A stretch of 64,000 nt of DNA from a virus. Lineage: Duplodnaviria; Heunggongvirae; Uroviricota; Caudoviricetes; Herelleviridae. Shown piece after piece: positions 54,601 to 63,448 of this stretch. The notes below the pieces were generated by a model. The model was not told where the DNA came from. It worked only from the letters and a program-made list of their open reading frames with translations, and ran no database searches. The stretch is from positions 4,381-68,380 of IMG/VR virus record IMGVR_UViG_2595698877_000001; one strand, written 5' to 3'. The translations under genes and the position numbers were made by a program. Positions within the stretch are counted from its first letter, which is position 1. Each line of letters begins with the position of its first letter.

Positions 54601-57600
54601 GTACTCAATCCGACAACAAGCTCGTAACATCGGTTTAGACACTACAGCAAGCCCTTACTATAAGAAGCTAGGAGACGCTTATACAGCGTTAATAGCGTAC
54701 CTTAATGGTTTTACACCTAAACCGTGGGATGTAAGCTCCAGCGCGATTATACCTATCGCAGACAGAGTGGTATGGAACCAGAAGTGGAATGACTATTACA
54801 ATTTCTATTCTCTGTTCGAAATCGAAGTACAGGACAGACAGAAACAGTACACAGAACAGAAAGCGCAAGAGATGTCTGATAAAACTATCGCTGCAATTAG
54901 TACACCGGGTAATCATGACACTGTTCCATTTACAAATCCAGTAACGGTCACACCAAAAATCGCAACACTTGGTTTACCAGAATTTGAAGGTAATCATCAG
55001 GACAGTTGGGATTGGAACGGACGAAATTACATTTTAAGTTCTGACGTTGCCTATTCTTGGACAGGTAAAATGAACGATAACGGGTTTTCTACTAAACAAT
55101 TCAGTCCTTTAGCGGTATCTGCATTCGATAAACAGCGAATAACAATGTCATTAGCATACAAGTTAACTGATGTAGTATATGGAACTGTTAACCCGTGGGT
55201 TGGGATGCAAATCACAGTTGAATATACAGACGGTTCAAGAGAGTACCCTACTTGCATGGGAGGTAAAGCAGATGGTTCTCCAACTACTAGCGATTTCGTT
55301 CGTCGAGCGTTTTCATTTCAGTTTAACGCAGCTAAAACAATAAAAACTTTATCTGTTATGTTAGGTGGACGAGACTTAACAGGGAAAGTAGAGATAAAAG
55401 ATTATAAAATCGAAGTAGGTAATAAAACGGTTGACCAAGTAGTATGGACTCCTGCACCAGAAAGTGCGTGGGGTGCAATGGGGAATCGTATTAGACCTGT
55501 TACAAACCCAGTATTCAGTAGTGGAACTGACTTAACTATCTTAGCTAGTTTCTATGGTGACGGTACAGTTAATGATAAGTTCTCTTGGGACACAAGCGGT
55601 ACACCCGTGAAGGTTAAATACTGGATTGACAAGTCGCTGGATACACAACAACAGTGGGTTTACTCATCTAAAGGTTTGAATACGGACAGTATAAATAAGG
55701 TAATTAAGTCTAGCGCTAATAACGAATACCCTATTTTATTCGATGATACTGTTATTAACCGTACTGGAAGGTCAACATTATCGTTTTATGAAGACTATGT
55801 TATCTTAAACTGTACTGATGGTTCTGACGCATTCTACCAGATAGGTGATTACAATATGAACCTACACGGGTTTAGCACAGGAGAGACTATCACATTCTCA
55901 GCAGAAGTTAACGGAGATTTAGCAGGGGCTTACATGTCTACTTGGATTAGTGATGGTACGAACTGGATTGAAACAAGAGGGGACGTAGGTATAGCAGGTA
56001 CATGGCAAAAGCTTAAGCATACATACACAATCCCAGCTAATGCTAAAGGTCTTTTCTTCCGTATCTATTTCCCTCGTGGTACAGCAGCAAACAATACGAA
56101 GCTAAGATTTAGAAAGGTACAGGTAGAGAGAGGAAGTATTGCTACTAATTGGGTTACTGCAAACAAACAGACGTTCAAACGTGTCAGAGGGGACGGGGCA
56201 ACATACGCAGCTATCGCTTACGCATCAGAGATTGTAGTAAAGCACGATGGCAAGCGACTATCTAGAGACGGTAACACACCAGAATACGACCAAATGGCGG
56301 TAAACGCTACGACTGGTCAATTGTATTTATCTCTAGCAGATGTAGATACTGGTTGGAGCGATTCTTACACACCAACAGTAGAGGAGATTAAATCTTACTT
56401 CTTAGGTTGGAGAATGTGTAACGGTCAGTTCGGCGGTCAATACGTTTCTGGAGGTAAGGTTTGGTATCCACAAGGAGATAAGAACTTAGACCGAGCAGTA
56501 ACAGGTAGAGCTTCTGCACCAACAGAATTATCACCATCAATTAAAGACAACACGATTAGACCATACCAGTTCTTATACAGACTAGTAGACCCAATTCAAG
56601 AAGAAGTTTCATTTGATGGTATCCTAGAATTACTTCCAAAAGCCAACGTCATCACAACGTACTATCCGATGTGGACTCCGCCAATACGTGTAGGTACTAT
56701 CAAGTATGGTACAAACTTAGCTACAGTAGCGCAGGATACTCGTTATATCGTACCAACGATGATGAAACGTATTGCGAATGCAGAGCAAAAGATAACTGAT
56801 GAAGCTATCACAAACACAGTTGTCAACTCTAGGGAGTACACACTAGGTCTTAAGAGTAAAGCGGATGCTAGTGATTTAGGTAATTACGCTACGAAAGACG
56901 AGCTAGATAACGTTAATAAGGGTGTAGATGACCGTATCAAAGGTGAGATAGATAAGCTAGACTTCTCCCCATTCGTAGAGAAATCCCAACTAGAACAAAC
57001 AGCTAGAGACTGGAATGCGAAGTTCTCCGCAGCAAACGGTATGAACACTATCAAGAACTCTATCGGCTTTAGTGGTACGGACTTCTGGAATATGTACGCA
57101 CCTAGCACAAACGTAGAAACTATTTCAAACTCTGCTTTAGATAGTTTAGGTTTAGGTAGCGGGTTCTACTTTAGACCAGATGGTAAGGACAAGGGTATCA
57201 TGCAAACAGTGAAAGTTATCCCGAACCAACCTTACACGCTAGGGTTCTACTTAAATAAAATGACAAAAGGAGCCGTAGGTGACTCTACATTTAGATTATG
57301 GATTCAAATCCGTAATAGTGCAGGGGTAACGATAAAGCAAGTAGATAACAATAGCGATAAAACGACAAACGGTTTAGAGGGAGGATATTTAACATTTACA
57401 CCTTTAGAGGACACTGTAACAATCTGTTTCATAGCATACTCGAAGGTTGAAGCTATCGTTTCTGGTATAATGTTAAATATAGGGGATATTCCTTTACAGT
57501 GGACACTAGCAACAGGAGAGCTATACAACACAAACGTTCGTATGAACTTAAATGGTTTACGTGTAGCACAGCTCGACGCTAATGGTGCCGAAGTTGGTTA

Positions 57601-57802
57601 CACACAAATCACACCGTCAGAGTTTGCCGGGTTCTACAAAAACGGTAATGGCGGATACGAGAAAGTGTTCTACTTAAACGGTGACGAAACTGTAACTAAG
57701 AAGTTAAAAGCAACAAAAGAAATAACACTAGGTAACATCAAGATAATTGACGTTACTAGTACAGACATAACAGGTTGGGCATTCGTACCAACTGTTAAAT
57801 AG
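51689..57802 (+). CDS. giant baseplate spike/tail fibre protein with several carbohydrate-binding-like modules
   Basis: 2037 aa; N-terminal A.V.KVNYKYNTVDV spike-type domain, coiled coils, repeated RN.L..S/N.IKNS beta-sandwich modules. Confidence 0.75.
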   Translation: MINAMTEYQPLNGMRFQSQLSKEMKRAYKEGDNIVTLSFAEVIKVNYKYNTVDVITTKYKNSTTKNPNDNGKYSARLPIQFGGRTPQGNVYGTNTLVTVGSKVLIGFVEGNKDNPIVLNIYGAVDNQSMLTRTTMTSGDESDEGVQRELWQLFNLYPSMTYTNVDGRGNREVTFSGKSFLYVTDTDQNNEYVQDEAFDYMDLPSSRYANGELIEPESPKAPTVLYVHQGIYEKHRFTVFIKSDGTFRMGTRNPNGHGITYQQMNPDGSFSIVKKNDTTNPEEESYDQSSMEILKNGNVLLQNPKHKFEITEEGIMVDGKPIGSGGGNGGGTNPEYDEAIKQINKTIETMKITMGAVEDGLQTKVEKNTYEIDLDEIKGAQDALLAEIKTILATLKASLEDLRTFVGSAFPDGKVTDTRKIELNKKMQAIDSSKTVLDGKYAEVMADPFLSDTLKNTLKISKDRVDGYHQALHNVIDASITDGTITAQEKTDINTAITNYVTALTNIEPVFTSSIEASIVERIKEAVENPVNYTNKEMKKQSAVFTQLFNAISMKVSTEQLTSQVQDLELKMATKEEQIAITNDLDKVKEKVDGALSNLPYRVEVTSTNGTVFVNDFIDSVVSARFYKGADDITSTVGIGDIIWTRVSEDQAGDLAWNNNHKGIGNSFRLSVNDVRDRATFFCSYKTPPVATGSITVANLKDISVSKTEPVNPRQGTMWYNMTDGKLYVYMDGKWQFSADGLDFNIRNLLTNSRDCTGGGWTLQSATRTNNQWQGTYIIETAANWGSADYACVDLFTRGVVAANDEVTFCVLARLTGATGVTRPLQFFCESSDKSGTTVGTVTTEWKPFYITFKMLAAMNTAGAKMRFEVADLTSANLKLQVNSHILVQGNSPVNWVPAPEDTQREIDGLNTSVGDIRTSVDALGDDGKLTRFERSLIRSWIADITGTYYNPTDVPAPLTEIDKTTYGKGKLYSIRQQARNIGLDTTASPYYKKLGDAYTALIAYLNGFTPKPWDVSSSAIIPIADRVVWNQKWNDYYNFYSLFEIEVQDRQKQYTEQKAQEMSDKTIAAISTPGNHDTVPFTNPVTVTPKIATLGLPEFEGNHQDSWDWNGRNYILSSDVAYSWTGKMNDNGFSTKQFSPLAVSAFDKQRITMSLAYKLTDVVYGTVNPWVGMQITVEYTDGSREYPTCMGGKADGSPTTSDFVRRAFSFQFNAAKTIKTLSVMLGGRDLTGKVEIKDYKIEVGNKTVDQVVWTPAPESAWGAMGNRIRPVTNPVFSSGTDLTILASFYGDGTVNDKFSWDTSGTPVKVKYWIDKSLDTQQQWVYSSKGLNTDSINKVIKSSANNEYPILFDDTVINRTGRSTLSFYEDYVILNCTDGSDAFYQIGDYNMNLHGFSTGETITFSAEVNGDLAGAYMSTWISDGTNWIETRGDVGIAGTWQKLKHTYTIPANAKGLFFRIYFPRGTAANNTKLRFRKVQVERGSIATNWVTANKQTFKRVRGDGATYAAIAYASEIVVKHDGKRLSRDGNTPEYDQMAVNATTGQLYLSLADVDTGWSDSYTPTVEEIKSYFLGWRMCNGQFGGQYVSGGKVWYPQGDKNLDRAVTGRASAPTELSPSIKDNTIRPYQFLYRLVDPIQEEVSFDGILELLPKANVITTYYPMWTPPIRVGTIKYGTNLATVAQDTRYIVPTMMKRIANAEQKITDEAITNTVVNSREYTLGLKSKADASDLGNYATKDELDNVNKGVDDRIKGEIDKLDFSPFVEKSQLEQTARDWNAKFSAANGMNTIKNSIGFSGTDFWNMYAPSTNVETISNSALDSLGLGSGFYFRPDGKDKGIMQTVKVIPNQPYTLGFYLNKMTKGAVGDSTFRLWIQIRNSAGVTIKQVDNNSDKTTNGLEGGYLTFTPLEDTVTICFIAYSKVEAIVSGIMLNIGDIPLQWTLATGELYNTNVRMNLNGLRVAQLDANGAEVGYTQITPSEFAGFYKNGNGGYEKVFYLNGDETVTKKLKATKEITLGNIKIIDVTSTDITGWAFVPTVK

Positions 57803-57822
57803 AATCGACTGGAGGAAAAAAC

Positions 57823-60492
57823 ATGGCAAGTGGCTCATTTAATGTCACTACCAGTAATAGATATGTTTTGGGTACTGTTAATTGGAGCAGTACCCCGAAC
57901 ACTGGTGGTAACTATAGTGAAGTATACGTAGAGATGCGTTTCTCTCGTACAAATACCGGGTATACAACATACGGAAATGGTACATTCGGTTTATACGTGG
58001 ATGGTCAACAAGCAGTAAACACAACAAGTTTCTCATTCACTTATAACTCTAACACACTAGTAGTTAGCGGTTGGTTTAGAGTAAACCATAACTCTGATGG
58101 TTCTAAAAACTTACGTATTGGTGCAAGTGGTTATACGGATGTATTTTCTATTAATGACGCAGTAGCATACGTAGACTTAGACCGTATCCCGCGAGCAAGT
58201 ACACTATCTTCAAACGTAAGTTGGACAGCAGGATTAGAAAACTTACCTATCACAATCAACCGGGCTTCTAGTGCCTTTGACCATATTGTGTCTATCGATG
58301 TATATACACCGAATAATAACTGGGCTGCAATCGCTTGGAGAAGTAGTGTAGGAGACTCTACAACGTTCACATTCACTACAGAAGAGAACACAATCTTATA
58401 TCAAGCTATCGGTGGTTGGGAAGACAGACCAGCTAGGGTACGAGTCCAAACATGGTATAATGGTAATGTAATAGGTGAAACAACAAAAGAAGGTCGGGTG
58501 TACGGTGCGACCCCTGCAACCCCTGTTTTATCTGATTTCGATATAGGTACGAAGTCTGTACCTGTCATGTTAGATTACTACTATGCTCAATTCTCATATA
58601 CATACGAGTTTTACTTTGGGAGTTTCAAGAAAGTATTCACAGGCGTAAGCAAAAATTTTAACATGACATTCACAGATGACGAAGTAAAGCAGATGTACCA
58701 GCAAGTACCAAATCAGAAGTTAGGACAAGCAAGGGTTTGGGCTAGTACAAAGTACAATGGAGTAGAAATAAATGATGGCGCACCTAAAGACCAAAATAGG
58801 TACATCACTTTACGCGTAGTCAATAGTGAACCAACATACGATGGTGGGTTTACATACGCCGATATAAACACTACTACGAAAGCGCTAACAAATAATGACC
58901 AATACATAATTCAAGGTAAGTCTACTTTACAAGTTAAACTACCTGTTTCAAAAAAAGCTGTAGCAAAAAACTACGCAACGATTACACGATATGAAGTAGC
59001 GGTCAACGGTGCTGTACAATCTATAAACTATTCTGATACGGCGGATTTAACCCTTAACTTCGGTATCGTAGATGTTAGTACAAATGCTACTATCGTCGTT
59101 TCTGCAATAGATAGTAGGGGTTTTAGGACTTCTGCATCTTCTACTATATTAATATTACCGTATGCGTTACCATCGTATAACTTCGTTGCAGAAAGGGTAA
59201 ATAACTTCGAAACTACTACAAACTTAAAAGTAGTCGGATTCGCTTCACCATTGAGCATAAATAGCGTGAATAAGAACTCAATAAAATCATCTAAGTTTAA
59301 GTATCGACAAGTTGGCGTAACAACATGGAGTGGAGAAGCGGATTTACCATTAACTGGATTCCCTAACTTCACATCTAGTAACAAAACAGTAGAGCTAGAC
59401 AACACAAAAGCATGGGAAGTATCGTTAACGATTACAGATGTACTAGGTTCCGTTACAAGTGTTAGTACAGTAGCAGTCGGAACGCCTATTATGTTTATCG
59501 ATACAGCTAAGAAATCTATAGGTGTTAACAAGTTCCCAAGTGGTAATAATGCTCTTGAAATCGCGGGTAACTTAGATGTAGATGGTGTAATTAATGCAAA
59601 GGCTAATCAGTGGGTTACACAAGGTAAGTACTCTTACGATGCTCGTAACTCTGACCTGTTCGGTTTATGTGCGTTATACTTCCAAACAGCAGCTCAAAAT
59701 AAAGACCAGGGGCTAAACTTCTTAAGAAGCGGTAAACCAGCTAGGTCTATGAACCAAGCGGATTACGATAGCTTCTGTGTTTTAGACGGAGCTGTCAAGC
59801 TTAACAGCAAAATTATGTTCTGGCAAGAGGGTGGAGCGAACTCATCAAACATCCGTTTCGGCGGGGATGCGTATTCATACTCTAGTGGTGGAGCCATATT
59901 TGATGTGTGGGGCAATATTAAAGGACAACCAACAGCAGGTAGTGGAAATACATGGTCTATAACAGATGCGGATAGTAGAGTTAGATTCTTATGTGGTATC
60001 GGTAAGGGGTCTACAGCATCTACGGAGTATAAATCGTATGGAGGTGGTCATATATTCCACTTTGAAGACGTTCTAGTCGCTTCCATCTGGCAACAAGGCG
60101 GATATCAATACATCTTTAAGTTAGGTAACGGAATACTGCAACACATAAACGGAGGATTCGAATTTAAGAACAGTGACAACACTGGTTGGGGTAACGTATA
60201 CGGTAACTGGGTGGCACCTTCATCAGAATCGTATAAAAAAGATATTTCCGTTTTCGATGATAGCGCATTATCTTACATAAACTCTGTAAAGCCTGTAAGA
60301 TACCAGTACAACGAGCAAAGCGAAAAAGACCCATATACATTAGGTTTAATTGCAGAGGAGTCACCTGACCTCATTTTAAGCGCTAACGGTAAAGGTATTA
60401 ACTCTTACTCAATGATGACGCTGCTATGGAAAGCAGTACAAGAACTTGATGGAAAAGTAGAAAACATAAACAGAAGAATAACACTAAGATAA
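57823..60492 (+). CDS. receptor-binding tail fibre: DUF859-like body + C-terminal intramolecular chaperone (peptidase S74)
   Basis: 889 aa; IPRAS, DSRG.RT; SS..YK.DI...AL..I..V.P..Y.Y...GLIAEE......N.YSM..LLWKAVQEL. Confidence 0.82.
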   Translation: MASGSFNVTTSNRYVLGTVNWSSTPNTGGNYSEVYVEMRFSRTNTGYTTYGNGTFGLYVDGQQAVNTTSFSFTYNSNTLVVSGWFRVNHNSDGSKNLRIGASGYTDVFSINDAVAYVDLDRIPRASTLSSNVSWTAGLENLPITINRASSAFDHIVSIDVYTPNNNWAAIAWRSSVGDSTTFTFTTEENTILYQAIGGWEDRPARVRVQTWYNGNVIGETTKEGRVYGATPATPVLSDFDIGTKSVPVMLDYYYAQFSYTYEFYFGSFKKVFTGVSKNFNMTFTDDEVKQMYQQVPNQKLGQARVWASTKYNGVEINDGAPKDQNRYITLRVVNSEPTYDGGFTYADINTTTKALTNNDQYIIQGKSTLQVKLPVSKKAVAKNYATITRYEVAVNGAVQSINYSDTADLTLNFGIVDVSTNATIVVSAIDSRGFRTSASSTILILPYALPSYNFVAERVNNFETTTNLKVVGFASPLSINSVNKNSIKSSKFKYRQVGVTTWSGEADLPLTGFPNFTSSNKTVELDNTKAWEVSLTITDVLGSVTSVSTVAVGTPIMFIDTAKKSIGVNKFPSGNNALEIAGNLDVDGVINAKANQWVTQGKYSYDARNSDLFGLCALYFQTAAQNKDQGLNFLRSGKPARSMNQADYDSFCVLDGAVKLNSKIMFWQEGGANSSNIRFGGDAYSYSSGGAIFDVWGNIKGQPTAGSGNTWSITDADSRVRFLCGIGKGSTASTEYKSYGGGHIFHFEDVLVASIWQQGGYQYIFKLGNGILQHINGGFEFKNSDNTGWGNVYGNWVAPSSESYKKDISVFDDSALSYINSVKPVRYQYNEQSEKDPYTLGLIAEESPDLILSANGKGINSYSMMTLLWKAVQELDGKVENINRRITLR

Positions 60493-60506
60493 GGAGCTAA
60501 GAATAT

Positions 60507-61022
60507 ATGATATATGATAACCTACCATTATACGAAAGAGAATTAATCAATCAAGGGTTCGACAAAATGGAGCCAAGTTCACAAAACTCTCTTATGAACG
60601 CTATCTCACGTAAAACTGGACAAGCTCTCTGGCAAATTAAACCGGAGGATATTTTGAAATATCATAAGGACTTGAAGATATCTATGCACAACGAGTTCTG
60701 TGAGTTAGCTATAGCGGGTGGATTTACTTCTACGAATGGTCACAGATACCGTACTAACTCAGATGACCAAACAAACTTCTTAGGTAGACTGGTCTTCTTA
60801 CTACTAAAACCAGAAACTACCGAAGTTTCTTGGAAAGCAGAAGACGTAGGAGATTACGTAGTCCATACAAAAGAAGAGTGGCTTCAAGTAGCTCTAGAAG
60901 GGTTCGCGCATAAAGAAGCGCAACTATCTAAGTTCAATGAAAAGACTAAACTTATCAAGGCGGCTACAACTCATGACCAAGTAGTGGCTATATCTTGGAG
61001 CGGTAACGGAGCAAATAAGTAA
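60507..61022 (+). CDS. tail fibre assembly/chaperone-like protein (DUF4376-like C-terminus)
   Basis: F.S.NG..Y....DDQ.N...W.AED......T.EE...V......H....L.K.......I..A.T...V.AI.W. Confidence 0.65.
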   Translation: MIYDNLPLYERELINQGFDKMEPSSQNSLMNAISRKTGQALWQIKPEDILKYHKDLKISMHNEFCELAIAGGFTSTNGHRYRTNSDDQTNFLGRLVFLLLKPETTEVSWKAEDVGDYVVHTKEEWLQVALEGFAHKEAQLSKFNEKTKLIKAATTHDQVVAISWSGNGANK

Positions 61023-61057
61023 TTATGATATAATAGAATTATAGGAGGGATTTTTAA

Positions 61058-61249
61058 ATGAATAACCAACAACCGCAAGGTACACCATTAAATCCAAAGT
61101 ACGTACTTTTGGAGCAGTCACAAACAATACATACATTAACTGACGAGGTTATCAAACTAAGAGCCTACACGATGCAATTAGAAGAAGAAATTGCCCAGTT
61201 ACACGCTGCTAACCAAACCCGCGAGGACGAGGATGCAGACCATAAATAA
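61058..61249 (+). CDS. small coiled-coil protein
   Basis: 63 aa, SD AGGAGGG, TGATATAAT promoter at 61026. Confidence 0.7.
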   Translation: MNNQQPQGTPLNPKYVLLEQSQTIHTLTDEVIKLRAYTMQLEEEIAQLHAANQTREDEDADHK

Positions 61250-61270
61250 GAAAGAGATGTTTATTTAATT

Positions 61271-61300
61271 AGAGACGGGGGTTTTCTCCCGTCTTTTCTT
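61271..61300 (+). terminator. intrinsic terminator
   Basis: AGACGGGGG/CTCCCGTCT + T-tract. Confidence 0.8.
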
Positions 61301-61390
61301 GGTATATTAGTAGTTATTTTTATTCTAAATACTATATTAATAGTAGAGTATCTAGAATTAAGATAATTATGAAAGAACGGAGGAACGCAC

Positions 61391-62167
61391 ATGACAATAG
61401 CTGATGGTCGTAATAGATTACAGAAGATTGCGTTCAGTGTTGGCGGTAGAACATTTAAGTTCGCTATCAACCCAGAGAACATGAACCACAGCATGCCTCA
61501 CCGTACTACGGCTTTAAAAACAAAGAGTCGTATTATCATTGAGGATTTCCAAGCTGATATCCCTACTATAACTATCTCCGGTACAACAGGTTTTAACCCT
61601 ACAGGACGAGCAGAAGATAGAGGGGTAACGAAGATAAAAGAAATGAAAGCTTTTATTGAAGACTACGCGAAGACAGGCGGTAATGGTCGAACATCATCGC
61701 AGGATTTTTATTTCCATAACTTTACAAATGATGAGAGCTTTGTAGTTCACTTGGCTCCAGAAGGTATTTCGATTACACAGGACGCGAACGCTCCCTTGCT
61801 ATACCGATACGAAATCAAACTAATCATCATTCGTAAATCATCAGAACCAGCGGATGCAGATGTTATTAATCCAGAGATAGGTAACAGATTCCCTTCATTA
61901 CCTAATACTGGTAACTACAGACCATCTCCAACGTACCCAACCTTACCAACTCCTTTACCAAACAAGCCCGGCTCCGAGTGGGACATCCCATCAAAAGGTG
62001 GCGGTAGTAATGTCGGTGACGACATCTATAATAAAGGCACAGGAGGCTCATACAGACCAGATAAAGATGGAACAGTACTAAACCCCCAGACACCATCTAA
62101 AGGTGTGTATCAGTACGGTATGGAGGGTTTAGGATTCAATATAGGCTACTACGGAAGGTGGGCATAA
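61391..62167 (+). CDS. baseplate (hub assembly) protein
   Basis: F.F.INPE.M....P.R....KT...I.IEDF......I.ISGTTG; synteny. Confidence 0.75.
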   Translation: MTIADGRNRLQKIAFSVGGRTFKFAINPENMNHSMPHRTTALKTKSRIIIEDFQADIPTITISGTTGFNPTGRAEDRGVTKIKEMKAFIEDYAKTGGNGRTSSQDFYFHNFTNDESFVVHLAPEGISITQDANAPLLYRYEIKLIIIRKSSEPADADVINPEIGNRFPSLPNTGNYRPSPTYPTLPTPLPNKPGSEWDIPSKGGGSNVGDDIYNKGTGGSYRPDKDGTVLNPQTPSKGVYQYGMEGLGFNIGYYGRWA

Positions 62168-62168
62168 A

Positions 62169-62696
62169 ATGGTACAGGCAAAACCAGCAACATTAGTTCG
62201 GTTTATCTCTACCGTAACAGTATTACCAGATGGTACTATTCCGTTTAATACAATGAACGAGGCTCCTATGTACGTATCACAATTGTACAAGCCTGTGTTT
62301 AGTCTTTCTTCTGTAGCAAGACTTGTATTAGACCAGATTAACCAGAACCAAATACCTACTGTTGATATTGAGATAGACCCGAGAACACTAGTAAGACAGA
62401 TAATGGATAGTGATTTAGCTACGTATAACCCGCGTATGTACACGTTGGTTACATCAGTAGTGTTAGAATCCTTTGCAATATTATACAGCATCGAAACAGA
62501 AAGTACAAACTTACAGTACTTATCACAAAAGGATTTCCAAAGAATCCGAGAAAACGTAAACTACATAGCTGATTATTTCAGTACAGTTAGAAGATATAGA
62601 AAGATTATAGAGTCTCTTAGAATTACACATGTGTCACTAGGATATCTAGAGAACCAGATAGATGTAATTCTAACAGATAGACTGGAGGTGAGATAG
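62169..62696 (+). CDS. baseplate protein
   Basis: 175 aa; conserved position. Confidence 0.65.
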   Translation: MVQAKPATLVRFISTVTVLPDGTIPFNTMNEAPMYVSQLYKPVFSLSSVARLVLDQINQNQIPTVDIEIDPRTLVRQIMDSDLATYNPRMYTLVTSVVLESFAILYSIETESTNLQYLSQKDFQRIRENVNYIADYFSTVRRYRKIIESLRITHVSLGYLENQIDVILTDRLEVR

Positions 62697-63436
62697 TGGT
62701 TAAATATGTGAAGAAGATTATAGCAGCAGGAGACACACTACAATCCATTGCTCAACATCATTTAGGTGATTCGAATCAATGGCGAGAGTTAGCAAAGTTC
62801 AATAACCTGCGTTACCCTTACATCGTTGATACGGTAGCAGAGAAGTTAACGAACCCAGACCATCTTGTTACAACGGGTGATACGATTATGTTCCGCTCTA
62901 GTGAAGATATCGATGGTGAGCTCATAGCAAGCTTAAAAAATAGTGCGGTATACGACCAAGAGGAAATCTATGCTTTAACCTTAGGTAAGGATTTAAATGT
63001 ATTGCCGCAGCCTCGTAATATTGGTTCTCCCGGATGGGATGCAGAAATACTAGAGATGAAGGACGATAATAAGGGTGACCTTGCTACGATACGTGGTATT
63101 GAGAACTTAAAACAATCTCTATTAACTCGTATTCTAACTCCAGTAGGAAGCTATTTAAACCACCCTAGATACGGCTCCTATGTTAGTGAATACTTAGGTA
63201 AAAAAAATACAGAGGAAAATGCTACATTATTAGTAGTGGAGTTAGAAAGAGCAATTCGAACAGATGGACGAGTAAGGTCGGTAGAGAAGGTAGGATATAA
63301 CCTCTACGACAACTATCTCGATGTCGCGTTCAAAGTAACATCTATCGCAGTAGATGAAGCGTTCTTACTAGCATTAACAGCAAAAGATAATGGAGATATT
63401 TTCCTTAATGATAACTTCGTAAACAATATCCGATAG
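62696..63436 (+). CDS. baseplate wedge protein, LysM-like + gp25-like
   Basis: GDTLQSIA...LGD...W.ELA.FN; G..NL.QSL..R.LT..GS...HP.YG. Confidence 0.82.
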   Translation: MVKYVKKIIAAGDTLQSIAQHHLGDSNQWRELAKFNNLRYPYIVDTVAEKLTNPDHLVTTGDTIMFRSSEDIDGELIASLKNSAVYDQEEIYALTLGKDLNVLPQPRNIGSPGWDAEILEMKDDNKGDLATIRGIENLKQSLLTRILTPVGSYLNHPRYGSYVSEYLGKKNTEENATLLVVELERAIRTDGRVRSVEKVGYNLYDNYLDVAFKVTSIAVDEAFLLALTAKDNGDIFLNDNFVNNIR

Positions 63437-63448
63437 GCGGTGAAAGCA

